Below the pieces are notes generated by a model, which saw nothing but the letters and a program-made list of their open reading frames with translations, ran no database searches and was not told the DNA's origin. A DNA stretch of 64,000 nucleotides, from positions 24,778-88,777 of the forward strand of contig JBBAAW010000001.1 in the NCBI GenBank assembly GCA_041658075.1. The letters are read 5' to 3'. Source of the stretch: Patescibacteria group bacterium (lineage in GTDB: Bacteria > Patescibacteriota > WWE3 > UBA101185 > UBA10185). The position numbers and the translations under genes were made by a program. Below are positions 30,993 through 41,268 of the stretch, in pieces; position 1 is the first letter of the stretch; every line of letters begins with the position of its first letter.

Positions 30993-31848
30993 CTAGGCTT
31001 ACTCCAAGTCGCAAAAGATGAAACAAAACCGAGGCACTTAACGCAATATCAGCAGTAAGTCCCGGAATGGGTTGAGCAATAAGTTGAATATACAAAGCGT
31101 CTTGTACGCCAATTCCGTTTATGGAAGGAATAAAGAAACTGGCTAATATAATTAATGGGAAAATAAACAGAGCATAAAATGGAGAAAAATGTGCGCCAAC
31201 CGAAGCGAAGACAAAGTACTGAGCAAAAATTGAGCAAAGTTGAACGATAAAGGAGGTTAGAAAGGCAATAAACAGGACTTTGGGTGACTTTCTGTAAGCA
31301 GAAATTGAGTCGTAAATTTTTTGAAGTTTCTTTATTTTTTTTGATGCAAAACCTAAGCAAATGTAACCAATGGGGATGCCTGCAAGTACAGCCAAGAAGA
31401 TCAATACCCCCCACAGTCCCAACAGTTTAATAAGTGCTGCCGACGATATGCAGACAAGCGCCGCCACTCCAGTAAAGCGTTCCATAAATGTAGCGGTAAA
31501 AGCGTCTGTAGTGCTTCCAAGCTTCTTTCCCAGTTTTACAACCTTGTACACATCTCCACCTACGCTGGTGGGCATAAAATTGTTGAAGAACGAGCCTATA
31601 AAGTAAAGTGACGTAAGATACTTTACGCTTACGTGACTAGTGTCAGAATGAATTAAAAGTTTTTTCCACCGCACGGAACTTACAAAATAGTTAAGTACAA
31701 TTAGTCCCACAATAAGTGGGATAAACCACGGATTCATCATGGAAATATTTTGGATCAGCTGTTTTTTGTCGACCTTAAAAAGAATTACCGCCAATAATAT
31801 GATCGACACCGCGATTTTTAGAACGGTCTTTTTAGATATTTTTGCCAT
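30958..31848 (-). CDS. UPF0104 / lysylphosphatidylglycerol-synthase-TM-region family membrane protein (flippase-like)
   Basis: SSVRWKKLL and TSVGGDVYK motifs characteristic of PF03706. Confidence 0.7.
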   Translation of the reverse strand: MAKISKKTVLKIAVSIILLAVILFKVDKKQLIQNISMMNPWFIPLIVGLIVLNYFVSSVRWKKLLIHSDTSHVSVKYLTSLYFIGSFFNNFMPTSVGGDVYKVVKLGKKLGSTTDAFTATFMERFTGVAALVCISSAALIKLLGLWGVLIFLAVLAGIPIGYICLGFASKKIKKLQKIYDSISAYRKSPKVLFIAFLTSFIVQLCSIFAQYFVFASVGAHFSPFYALFIFPLIILASFFIPSINGIGVQDALYIQLIAQPIPGLTADIALSASVLFHLLRLGVSLVGGVLYAFNKD

Positions 31849-33266
31849 AGACTTTTAAAGTCAACAAAATTTGACACTTTTACTGCCCAAACATAAAGAG
31901 CAGTAAGAAGTATAAACGACGCCATCTTTATGGGCAAACTTTGAATGTTTGACGCAAAAGAAATTACTAATGCTTGAGCAATTAAAGTATAATGCTCGTG
32001 AGTAAAAAGCCACACTCCCAACCTGGCCTTGCTCAGCAATATAGACATCAGGAGAGACACAGCGGTTCCAAAGCACATAGCGTACGACATTGATGTTAAG
32101 GGGTTAACGAGTCGTCTTGTTCCAAAATAAAATGCGATTGTAGAAACCAGCATCATGATAAATATAAGCGTCATCTCTCTGCCCATCTTTGCTGGTACTA
32201 AAACACTCGACTTGATAATGTCCAAGAAGGAGTAGAAGACAAAGGCAAAAACTATCGGCAGGATTAATATTATTGCTTGGGAATATTTATTAAAGAGTCC
32301 CACAATCTGCACTACTTCTTTACTCCAGAAAATCGCTGTAAAAGCCAAAGGCAATATAAAAACAAAGATTTTATTAAAGTTTTTTCTAAAATAGTCTGTG
32401 AAATCTACTCTGTTGTTTTGATATTTATCAGAGAAAACTGCCAAGTTAACATCTGTAACTGCATCCGATACCGCCAGAATCTTTTTTGCGTAAAGCATGG
32501 CAAAACCAAAAATTCCCACTACTTCCGCAGTTACAGAAAGTCCCAATAAATTTGGTCCAATATTTTCCCAATTAGTGTAGATAATTTTCACTAAAAATAT
32601 TGCCATAGAAATTGAAAATAACTCTTTAAATAAGGTCATAAACTCTTTTATTGATGGCATCTCAAACCAGTCGCGTAAAGGTCTAAAGGCAAGAAATGCC
32701 AAAGAAATGGAACTTACAATATTAAAGGTCAGTAACGCATAAAAATATCCGTTAACTTTATAAAACCAAATTAAAGGCAAATATAGCGCCAGCGATACCA
32801 AGGATATTGCTGCTTGGTATATAAAGAGTCGCTTAAATTTTTTCATACCGCTAATTACGGCATTAAAAATTCCTTGAACTCCCTGCGCTACCATAACAAA
32901 GGCATAAATTCTAATTAAATTAATAATCTCCGGGTTATTATACTTCTGTGATAAGAAGCCAGCAGACACAAAAAGACCCACAGCCAGGGGTAGGGAAATC
33001 ATGTATCTAATTACCGTGGAAGTAAAAAAGATTTGGAAGACTTCCTTGGAAGTCTTCGCTCCGGCAATTTCTCTAGTGCTGGCTCCCGCGAGTCCCAAAT
33101 GTTGATAAATCCCCAGAGCGCTACCAAGAGAAAGCGCGGTTCTAATGGTTCCCCATTCGCCTACGCTTAAGATTTTTAAAATAAAGTAACTTTGCAAGAT
33201 GCCCACCGCCATAGCGGTCATTCTTGAGATAAAGCTAATTATCTGCCATTTTCCTAGGTCTTTCAT
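31818..33266 (-). CDS. Wzx-like flippase / polysaccharide biosynthesis protein (MOP superfamily)
   Basis: 482-aa polytopic membrane protein of MOP-type. Confidence 0.55.
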   Translation of the reverse strand: MKDLGKWQIISFISRMTAMAVGILQSYFILKILSVGEWGTIRTALSLGSALGIYQHLGLAGASTREIAGAKTSKEVFQIFFTSTVIRYMISLPLAVGLFVSAGFLSQKYNNPEIINLIRIYAFVMVAQGVQGIFNAVISGMKKFKRLFIYQAAISLVSLALYLPLIWFYKVNGYFYALLTFNIVSSISLAFLAFRPLRDWFEMPSIKEFMTLFKELFSISMAIFLVKIIYTNWENIGPNLLGLSVTAEVVGIFGFAMLYAKKILAVSDAVTDVNLAVFSDKYQNNRVDFTDYFRKNFNKIFVFILPLAFTAIFWSKEVVQIVGLFNKYSQAIILILPIVFAFVFYSFLDIIKSSVLVPAKMGREMTLIFIMMLVSTIAFYFGTRRLVNPLTSMSYAMCFGTAVSLLMSILLSKARLGVWLFTHEHYTLIAQALVISFASNIQSLPIKMASFILLTALYVWAVKVSNFVDFKSLWQKYLKRPF

Positions 33267-35401
33267 TTCACCTCCATGTTGCCTAAATAAATACTTCTAG
33301 TTCTAATATTATTGCTCATGCCCACAAAAGCGTGGTAAGCGCCGGGATCGACCGCAGTGGGAACTGTTAGGTCGACGTTTTCAATGTAATAGCGACCTTC
33401 ACCCCAGTCCTTAATGTTTACTAGTCCGTATGACGGGATGTTAGCGCTTTGATAAATTTCCCCCGTTTCGCTATTTATAAAAGAGGTAAAAATTACATAA
33501 TCGTCGGGTTTCTTAGACTCTTTTCTATACACAAATGTAGCCTTAGATGGATTGCCACGTGTAACTGTCCTTGGTATTTCAAAATCGGCAAGAAATAAGT
33601 CCTCAAAAATCTCTAACTTCTGATCCGGCGCATACTTATAACGTTCCTGCATGGGAAGTTTGAGCGACTTTGTTTGGGCAGACCCTTTTTTAAAGACAAA
33701 AAGATTGCCGCACCCCGCCACATTTTGATAATTGGGGTTTGTAATCATGTCGCTCACCACATCCCGCACCAACGATATATCCGAATCCAAAATGCGCATA
33801 ATCTTCTGCGAGAAGACATCCACAATTATATAATCTGCCTTGGAATAAAGGGCGGGGAAGATAGCATAAGTTTCTCTTTGCGCAAGGTGCGCGCCAAGGT
33901 AATCAGGACCGGAAATGGGGGCGGTAGGGGGGATGATGTCCATAATTATTTTTGCGCACTCGCGATCTTTGTTTTCCAAGCCGGAAATTTTAAATCTGTC
34001 GCCAAGCTTCAAATTTTTACTAAAATTTACCTCGCGGTCAAATTTGGCGTAAGCGATGGAAGAAACCCTTTTTGATACCGCCTGCGTGAGCCATAAAAAA
34101 ACTGGATTGTTGAATTTGTAAGTTGTGTAAATGTTTGACACTAAAACTGCCAACGCTAAAATGCTTACCACTACGTTAGGGTGGCTAGGTAAGAATTTTA
34201 AGTGCTTCTTTCCCGCCACGACGAGCTGCGAAAGGGTGGCAATGGCAAAAATAGTCGACAGGAACACTACGGGTATAATCATGGAAACCCTGTGATTTGA
34301 TATTTCCGCAGTTCCAATTCCTCCGGCGGTAGTGGCATAGTTTATTAAAAGGTCGGGAATGGCGATAATTAAAATTTGCGGTGCCAAAAACGGTAAAAAC
34401 AAAGAGGGAGCAAAAGTTTTATTAAAGTTGTCCAGCTTATCGCCACCAAAAATAATATTCACCAGACGCTTTGGATCTGTTACCATTCCCAGTAAAATAC
34501 TTCCGTAAGAGTCGCCTAAATCCTGATACCGCCCCAAGAAATAATTTGATTTAATAACATCGCTTGTGAGTTCGGTGTCTACACCGACCTCCTGCGTAAA
34601 GTTTGTATAACTTTCAATGCGGTAGTGAGTGTTTTTAGGAATAATGATAAAAAAAGCCGTTATTAACCACATCAAACCCACAACGAGAAGACCAAATAAA
34701 TTTTTTGCCATTGGATGACTCAAATACGCGCGAATCCATTTAGTCGACAATAATTTAAAACCTTGTGGAAAAGGCGTCCGATAAATTAATCCAAACACGC
34801 ACAGTAAAATTATATATAACGGAAGTTGCTCCTTCCCGCTCATGGTGACTATGGCGCTAATCCAAAGTCCTACTTTATTCTTTCTCTCTAGAAAATAAAA
34901 CGAGAGCAAAAAGAAGGGGATAGCGGCAGAAACTCCGTGAAAACCTGTTTGAGTATTTAAATAGCCAAGCGCAGGATAAAAAAGATAAGCCAGAGATAAC
35001 AATGTTGCTGCAAAGTTGGATCTTAAATTCATTTTAGCTATTTTAAATAGGACTAACGGCGCCAAAACTGTAGTCAAAAAAAGTTGAGCAAATACCAAAG
35101 TTAGGGGATGAGGAATAAGTGCAAAGATAGGTACAAACAAAAGAAGAATTGGATCCACATGACTCATGGACCAGCGGGGAACATTGCCACCAAAGTAATC
35201 GGTTAGATACAAAGGCCGGCCCTGTAGGGTATTCCAAATCATTTGCGTCATATTTCCAAGGTCAAACTTTCCAAAGTCAAAATTGTTATAGCGGAAAATA
35301 TTTATTCTTACGGAAATTACGCAAACTACCGCGGACATCGCTAATACGATTAGTATACCTAAAAGCTCTTTGTTGATTTTGTTGAAAATTTTTGCCAACA
35401 T
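33263..35401 (-). CDS. Large membrane protein, DUF2079-like (GT-C-like), N-terminal multi-TM + C-terminal soluble domain
   Basis: FDLGNMTQMIWNTLQG motif after the first TM. 712 aa. Confidence 0.4.
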   Translation of the reverse strand: MLAKIFNKINKELLGILIVLAMSAVVCVISVRINIFRYNNFDFGKFDLGNMTQMIWNTLQGRPLYLTDYFGGNVPRWSMSHVDPILLLFVPIFALIPHPLTLVFAQLFLTTVLAPLVLFKIAKMNLRSNFAATLLSLAYLFYPALGYLNTQTGFHGVSAAIPFFLLSFYFLERKNKVGLWISAIVTMSGKEQLPLYIILLCVFGLIYRTPFPQGFKLLSTKWIRAYLSHPMAKNLFGLLVVGLMWLITAFFIIIPKNTHYRIESYTNFTQEVGVDTELTSDVIKSNYFLGRYQDLGDSYGSILLGMVTDPKRLVNIIFGGDKLDNFNKTFAPSLFLPFLAPQILIIAIPDLLINYATTAGGIGTAEISNHRVSMIIPVVFLSTIFAIATLSQLVVAGKKHLKFLPSHPNVVVSILALAVLVSNIYTTYKFNNPVFLWLTQAVSKRVSSIAYAKFDREVNFSKNLKLGDRFKISGLENKDRECAKIIMDIIPPTAPISGPDYLGAHLAQRETYAIFPALYSKADYIIVDVFSQKIMRILDSDISLVRDVVSDMITNPNYQNVAGCGNLFVFKKGSAQTKSLKLPMQERYKYAPDQKLEIFEDLFLADFEIPRTVTRGNPSKATFVYRKESKKPDDYVIFTSFINSETGEIYQSANIPSYGLVNIKDWGEGRYYIENVDLTVPTAVDPGAYHAFVGMSNNIRTRSIYLGNMEVK

Positions 35402-35410
35402 GTGTTTTAG

Positions 35411-36094
35411 TTAATCAAAGAACCTAAACTTAATAAGTGTTTTTACGGCATGTACGCCGTCACGCCAGGTAATTTTTTTACCTTCCTTCCACGAGCGACC
35501 TTTGTAAGAAATTGGCACTTCCACAATTTTCATGCCCGACTTTAGTATTTTAGAGGTAATTTCTGGTTCAAAATCAAATCTGTTGGCCTTTAAGTTGAGC
35601 GATCTTACAAAGTCGCCGGGCAAAAGTTTGTAGCAGGTTTCCATGTCGGTAAGGTGAGTGCCGTACAAAAGATTGGTAAGTATAGTTAGAAGGCGGTTGC
35701 CAAAATAGTGCAGGTTTGTCATGTCTTCGTAGTCGCCCGCAAAACGCGAACCATAAACAACTTGCGCGCCCTTTTCAACTTCTGCCACAAGTTTTTTGTA
35801 ATCCTGCGGATCGTATTCCAAGTCTGCATCTTGCACAATTACATAATCGCCTGTGGTATGTTTGTAGCCCTCTCGTACTGTAGCGCCTTTGCCATGATTT
35901 TTTGGATTGAGAATAATTGTTAGGTGGGGCTTTTCTTTTGCCATTTTGGTTAAGATCTCGCGCGAGCCGTCCTTTGATCCGTCGTCCACAATAACAATTT
36001 CTTTATCAATTCCGTCCACTTTTTCCACTAAGTTCACAAGCTTTGTAAGAGTTTTTTCTTCGTTATAGCAAGGTATTACAATAGAAAGTTTCAT
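35411..36094 (-). CDS. Glycosyltransferase family 2 (Dpm1-like polyprenyl-phosphate glycosyltransferase)
   Basis: LSIVIPCYNEEKTL, VDDGSKDGS, QDADLEYDP. Confidence 0.8.
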   Translation of the reverse strand: MKLSIVIPCYNEEKTLTKLVNLVEKVDGIDKEIVIVDDGSKDGSREILTKMAKEKPHLTIILNPKNHGKGATVREGYKHTTGDYVIVQDADLEYDPQDYKKLVAEVEKGAQVVYGSRFAGDYEDMTNLHYFGNRLLTILTNLLYGTHLTDMETCYKLLPGDFVRSLNLKANRFDFEPEITSKILKSGMKIVEVPISYKGRSWKEGKKITWRDGVHAVKTLIKFRFFD

Positions 36095-37620
36095 CTTTGT
36101 ACTTTAAGTAACCAAGTAAAGAACATTTTACCACCCGTGGTGTGTTTTGACTCTTTAACAAGCTCGAGGTAAGGGCGTTTTTTCAAGTCGATTTCTAGAT
36201 TTGGGTTAAATTCATTTGTTAGGATTATATAATCAACGCGATTTTCCTGCAGATAGTCTTGTGCTAAGTATTTTTTGTCATCCAAGTTTTTGTATTCCGA
36301 CTCCGGAAGGTACCAGTTCACAATGCTTGCTGTGTCGTTATGAATAATTTTCCTGTCTGCCAAGGCGGATTCATGTAACAAGAAAGTGGAAATTTCTTTG
36401 ATACTGCGATAAATATCTTTATGTAGGTAGATGATTGATGCAGAAAGCGCGAGCATGGAGAGAATCGATGCGACGATAAAAAGCTTACGCTGGTTTAGCA
36501 CTATCGCTAGGATTCCTGCAATCGACATTGACGAAACAAAAATAAAAACTGCCGTGTGCGGACCCAGAAACTGCAACCGCAGATGGTTTTGGGCGATGAT
36601 ATAAACCGCGGTTAAGACGATCGATGCTATTCCCGCCCCGCTGGCGTGGGGTGACGGGGATGATGGGGGTGACCAGAATGACGATACAAAAGCTATAACG
36701 AGGAAGGGGATGATGGGGATAAAAAGTCGGGGAACTGCGGCTGGCCAGGCTAAAATTAGGAGCGATTCTAGTAAAACAAATGTAAAAACATGCGGATATT
36801 TCTTTAAAACGCTGGGTAAATTTATCAACGGTTTCTTGGCGAAAAGTGTGGCGATGAAGGCACTCGCTGGGATGATGCCTAAAACAAAAATGTATGAGAC
36901 CAAATAAGTCAAAAGCATTTCAAAATCGTATTTTCTTCCCACCGTTTCTTCAAAATATGAGGAGGTGAGAGGATTTCTATAAATTAGCCACGGAATTGCC
37001 ACAGTTATAGTTGCTAGGGAAAAAGCCATTGACATCTTTGTCATTCGTGCTTTAGTCACGACGAGTATTCCTACGAGTGTCGCCACTGCCAATAAATAGC
37101 CCTCAAATCGGGTTAAAATTCCTAAACCACAAATAAGTCCCATAACGGTTAGGTACAATATCGATTGCCTACTCCCGCCAGCTTGTTTTTCTCGCCACAA
37201 CTCAAAAACATAGAAACACAGCAGGACTAAAAGGCTAAAAGGCACATCAGCGTAAATTCTTAACGACCAATAAAGATAGACAGGATTTAACGCCAGCAGG
37301 ATAAGGGCAATAATTTGCTGATTCTGCGTCATCAAGTATTTTTTGGATAGTCTGTAGAACACGAAAAGCGAAACCAAACTAACGGCAAGCATAGTGATTC
37401 GTCCCCATACTACCGCGTCGATGGTGTTTGGTCGAACGGCTAGTAGAATCGAGAACAGTGGCGGTCGTTTTTCATCGCTTGGATAGGAGAAGTGTTGGAC
37501 AAAATTACTTGCGCGGAGAATTCTGTAAGAGTCGCCCCATTCTGCGGAGTTCACATTAATAAGTAGCGCGCGTGCAACTAAAATCAACACTAATACAACA
37601 ATATAGACCCGCTTTTTCAT
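36091..37620 (-). CDS. GT-C fold membrane glycosyltransferase (PMT_2/GT39-like)
   Basis: DEKRPPLFSIL first-loop motif. 509-aa multi-TM. Confidence 0.55.
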   Translation of the reverse strand: MKKRVYIVVLVLILVARALLINVNSAEWGDSYRILRASNFVQHFSYPSDEKRPPLFSILLAVRPNTIDAVVWGRITMLAVSLVSLFVFYRLSKKYLMTQNQQIIALILLALNPVYLYWSLRIYADVPFSLLVLLCFYVFELWREKQAGGSRQSILYLTVMGLICGLGILTRFEGYLLAVATLVGILVVTKARMTKMSMAFSLATITVAIPWLIYRNPLTSSYFEETVGRKYDFEMLLTYLVSYIFVLGIIPASAFIATLFAKKPLINLPSVLKKYPHVFTFVLLESLLILAWPAAVPRLFIPIIPFLVIAFVSSFWSPPSSPSPHASGAGIASIVLTAVYIIAQNHLRLQFLGPHTAVFIFVSSMSIAGILAIVLNQRKLFIVASILSMLALSASIIYLHKDIYRSIKEISTFLLHESALADRKIIHNDTASIVNWYLPESEYKNLDDKKYLAQDYLQENRVDYIILTNEFNPNLEIDLKKRPYLELVKESKHTTGGKMFFTWLLKVQR

Positions 37621-37637
37621 GCATTGATTTTAACACT

Positions 37638-38840
37638 TTACTTAACAGGGGTATTTTTTAAGGCAAAGTCGTACACTTTTTCCATTTCCTTAGCCTTTTC
37701 CATCCACGAGTAAAGTCCCACAATCTTATTTTGATCTACATAGGTCTTATTTCCGTCAATAATTTCCATAATCTTTTGCGCTATATGTTTTGGTTCTAAA
37801 TTATCTAAGTAAAAAAGCCCGGTAATTTCTTCTTTGATTTTAAAACCTGAAACCAAGGCTGGAGTTCCACAAGAGAGACTCTGTAAAACGACTTTTGGCA
37901 AACCCTCAAATGACGACGGCAAAACAAAAATATTCGCTGCCTGAAAAGCAATGGCAGTTTCCGGATACGGGGTGTACCCAGCCTTTATAACACGGTTGTT
38001 TAGATTTTTATCCCTAACCATCGTACTAATTTTTGCCAAGTATTCCTTGTCGCCTGAACCTACCAAAAAAAGTTTGTAGAATGGCGGTAGAAATTCTAAA
38101 GCGTTAACCAGTAAGTGTATGTTTTTTCGCTCTGTCATGACCCCATGATTTAAAACAATAATATCGGTTGGATCAAGTCCAAGATCGCGATTGATTTTTT
38201 CTTTTTCTTCCTTACCTACGGTTTTAAAAAGATTTGTATTTACGCCAGTTTCGACTACAAAACATTTGTCCGGATCCGCGTTGTAATACTTTACAGCTTC
38301 GTCTTTATTTTGCTGACTTACGAAAACGCACGCCGATGCCGCTTTTACCGCCCATTTATCCGAACGTTCTGCCAAAGGCCAAGAAATGTATTTGGAATAA
38401 AGTTTAACTGCCGATCTTTTTTCTTCCAGCGCGCCCTGTCTGCCTGCCGTTGTATTATGAAAGTGTACTACTAAGGGTATTTTAAGTTCGTTAGACCAAG
38501 GAAATATCTTCTTTAGAAAGGCACGGTAGGCATATAGCCAAATACCAAAATGTCCGTGCGAGTGAATTAGATCTGGTTTGTTTTCAAAGCGCCAATATAG
38601 ATAGTATAAAAAAACCAGGGGGGAGATTAAAAGACTTAAAGTTGCCGGAACAGGCTCCCGGATAAAAGTTCTAAACTTGCAGTTGGGTAGTTTTTCTATT
38701 GGACCTGCAAAGGGCCACCGCCCGCAGAAGATATCAAATGTATACCCGTGTTTTAACTGGGCTTGGGTCATTTCATATGGTGCCGGCGAAAGCCCGCTCC
38801 AGGGCGGTGGCCAGTCATAAACTATTCGTAAAATCTTCAT
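37638..38840 (-). CDS. Glycosyltransferase family 1 (GT4)
   Basis: FEGLPKVVLQSLSCGTPALVS. Confidence 0.7.
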   Translation of the reverse strand: MKILRIVYDWPPPWSGLSPAPYEMTQAQLKHGYTFDIFCGRWPFAGPIEKLPNCKFRTFIREPVPATLSLLISPLVFLYYLYWRFENKPDLIHSHGHFGIWLYAYRAFLKKIFPWSNELKIPLVVHFHNTTAGRQGALEEKRSAVKLYSKYISWPLAERSDKWAVKAASACVFVSQQNKDEAVKYYNADPDKCFVVETGVNTNLFKTVGKEEKEKINRDLGLDPTDIIVLNHGVMTERKNIHLLVNALEFLPPFYKLFLVGSGDKEYLAKISTMVRDKNLNNRVIKAGYTPYPETAIAFQAANIFVLPSSFEGLPKVVLQSLSCGTPALVSGFKIKEEITGLFYLDNLEPKHIAQKIMEIIDGNKTYVDQNKIVGLYSWMEKAKEMEKVYDFALKNTPVK

Positions 38841-40021
38841 AGTATCTTTTCGTAACTGTCGATCATTTTATCCAAGGTAAACTCTTTTTCAGCTTTTATT
38901 CTACCATCTAATCCCATGCTTTTTGCTAATTCACGGTTTTGAACAAGTTCCAGGATTTTGCTTTTCAGGGTGTCGATATCTAACTTGGCTAAAAGGAACC
39001 CGTTTGATTTATTAGCTACCGCGTCTTTATTTCCACCCATATCGGTTGCAATAATTGGCAAACCGGCAAAACAAGCTTCTACCAGCGTCATGGGAAAACC
39101 TTCCACGCGTTTGGTTGGCAAAACAAAAACATCGTTGCAGGAGTACATTTCCACTGCTTTTTCATAAGGTAATTTTCCGTAAAAAAGTACCTTCTGGCTC
39201 ATTCTATATTGTCGGCTTAAACTTTTTAACTCTTCCAAAAACGGCCCATCTCCAATAATGTTCACAAAAATACCGTCAATATCTTTACACGCCAATAACA
39301 ACTCCCGAAGACCTTTTGACTCCTCGATTCGTCCAATGTATAAGACCTTAAACGGCTCGCCATCTTTATCGTCGTCCCAATTCTTGGGAGGAATTTTAGA
39401 TCCGTCAATTCCGTTATGAATAACGGTGATCTTTTTTTCCGGCGCAAAAGTTTCATTTATAATCGACTCTTTTACAGCGCTGGAAACCGCCACAATCTTA
39501 TTACAACCGTTAATGTATTGCCTTTGTCGGCCAAAATAATTTACCATGCCAAACGCTAAACTTTTGGCCGATTTAACTACATCGCCCGTATTTTTCGCGG
39601 AATTTAATAGTGTTTTCATCTCGCTGCCAATGGTTCCATGAGAAATTCCAACGATATTAATGCCCAGCTTGCGTTTTCTTTTTATGACTCCTAGACCTGC
39701 CGAACTTTGGCTAATTACCGCATCAAAAGGTTTTTCTTGGTGGAATTTGAGAAATTCCTGGTATGATTTATTGAACCAATTATTTTTGTCTATCGATGCC
39801 AGAAGCATGTGATACACGCACGGTACAAAAACATATTTGACCGTCGTGGCGGAACCCGCACTATCCATTGTCGTGGCGGTCTTATCCACCATAGCAGGGG
39901 AGAACATTACGATTTCGTGTCCCCGATTCGCCAAACCCTCACATAATACTTTGTTCTGTGTTTCGAGTCCGCCATAGCCTTTATTAAATGTTGTCGATTT
40001 TATAAAAACTGCAATTCTCAT
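38837..40021 (-). CDS. Glycosyltransferase family 1 (GT4)
   Basis: EGFPMTLVEACFAGLPIIATDMGG. Confidence 0.75.
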   Translation of the reverse strand: MRIAVFIKSTTFNKGYGGLETQNKVLCEGLANRGHEIVMFSPAMVDKTATTMDSAGSATTVKYVFVPCVYHMLLASIDKNNWFNKSYQEFLKFHQEKPFDAVISQSSAGLGVIKRKRKLGINIVGISHGTIGSEMKTLLNSAKNTGDVVKSAKSLAFGMVNYFGRQRQYINGCNKIVAVSSAVKESIINETFAPEKKITVIHNGIDGSKIPPKNWDDDKDGEPFKVLYIGRIEESKGLRELLLACKDIDGIFVNIIGDGPFLEELKSLSRQYRMSQKVLFYGKLPYEKAVEMYSCNDVFVLPTKRVEGFPMTLVEACFAGLPIIATDMGGNKDAVANKSNGFLLAKLDIDTLKSKILELVQNRELAKSMGLDGRIKAEKEFTLDKMIDSYEKIL

Positions 40022-41247
40022 ACTAATAAACTCTCCAATTGACCGATGTTATCGTAGATGTTAAACATCTTGATGGCTTTGGCGTAAGCGTTTTGGGATA
40101 ATTTGTTGGCGAGATCTTTATCCAGAAGCAACTTCTCGATGGCGTTAGCAATGGCTTGGGGATTTTTTTGTTCAATGATAATTCCTGTGACGCTATCCTC
40201 AATGAGATCGGTGATACCACCGGCGTCTGTGGAGACTATTGGAAGCCTAGCCATAGCCGCCTCGATAACCACCGTGGGCACGCCGTCCACATCACCTGCG
40301 CCGGTTTCAACACTAGGCAAAACAAAAATATCCGCTACTTTATAGTACTCCAGAACCTCTTTAAACGCTGTGCCTTTACCCTCGCCGTGAATAAAAACGA
40401 CATCCCCTAACCTCAAAACGTCGATCATTTTAACCAGCTCTTGGTACAAATCTCCTGGTCCTACCAGGTCAACCCTGTGCGCAAACCCTTTATCGCGTAG
40501 AATTTTACTAGCCTCAATCATGTATTTAAACCCCTTTTTCTCTACTAACCGCGTTCCCCCCAAAAAAATTGCTGGAACATCCCACTTAGGCATTTTGGGA
40601 GGACTTTCAAATATTTTAGAATCAATTCCATGATAGATAAGTTTGACTTTTGACTTGTCGACCTCGCCACCCGCTATTTCCAAAGCCTTCTTGTAAGCGT
40701 AAGAATTGCAAATGCTAACGAATATTGCAGATTCGATTTTTTGCGGAATCAGCTCACCTTCCATAAAAACATCGCGAGCGTGGGCGGAAATGCTAAAAGG
40801 TATGTCTAAAATGTGCGACGCTATAAGTGCGGTTGTTGACGGCCACGATAGAAAATGCGCGTGAATGTGTTGGGGTTTAAGATCGGCAATTGTCTTTGTG
40901 TACCCTAGGGATTTTAGAAGAAAGTACATTTTGGAAAAAAAGCTCCGATTAGGCAACTCTAGCGCCAATTTATAACATCGGGTAACTTCTTTTGGGCAAG
41001 TGATTACATAATAGAGTCCACCTAGAAAATCTGCTAATCTAAGTCGTTTATAGACAGTTTGCTTTAACACTTCTTCCGATGTACTGCCTGTGGCTTTGCT
41101 TAGAGATAAAACCGTGATGTCCAGATTGTCCCACTCAATCAGTTTTGATATTTCACGCTCAATAAAAGTCTCACTGATTCGAGGGAATTCAGATATAAAG
41201 TACAAAATCCGCTTTTTGGCACCTTCTTCCATGTGTGTATTATGCAA
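40018..41247 (-). CDS. Glycosyltransferase family 1 (GT4)
   Basis: GVPTVVIEAAMARLPIVSTDAGG. Confidence 0.75.
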   Translation of the reverse strand: MHNTHMEEGAKKRILYFISEFPRISETFIEREISKLIEWDNLDITVLSLSKATGSTSEEVLKQTVYKRLRLADFLGGLYYVITCPKEVTRCYKLALELPNRSFFSKMYFLLKSLGYTKTIADLKPQHIHAHFLSWPSTTALIASHILDIPFSISAHARDVFMEGELIPQKIESAIFVSICNSYAYKKALEIAGGEVDKSKVKLIYHGIDSKIFESPPKMPKWDVPAIFLGGTRLVEKKGFKYMIEASKILRDKGFAHRVDLVGPGDLYQELVKMIDVLRLGDVVFIHGEGKGTAFKEVLEYYKVADIFVLPSVETGAGDVDGVPTVVIEAAMARLPIVSTDAGGITDLIEDSVTGIIIEQKNPQAIANAIEKLLLDKDLANKLSQNAYAKAIKMFNIYDNIGQLESLLV

Positions 41248-41268
41248 TTTTGCTTTGACGATGTAAAA

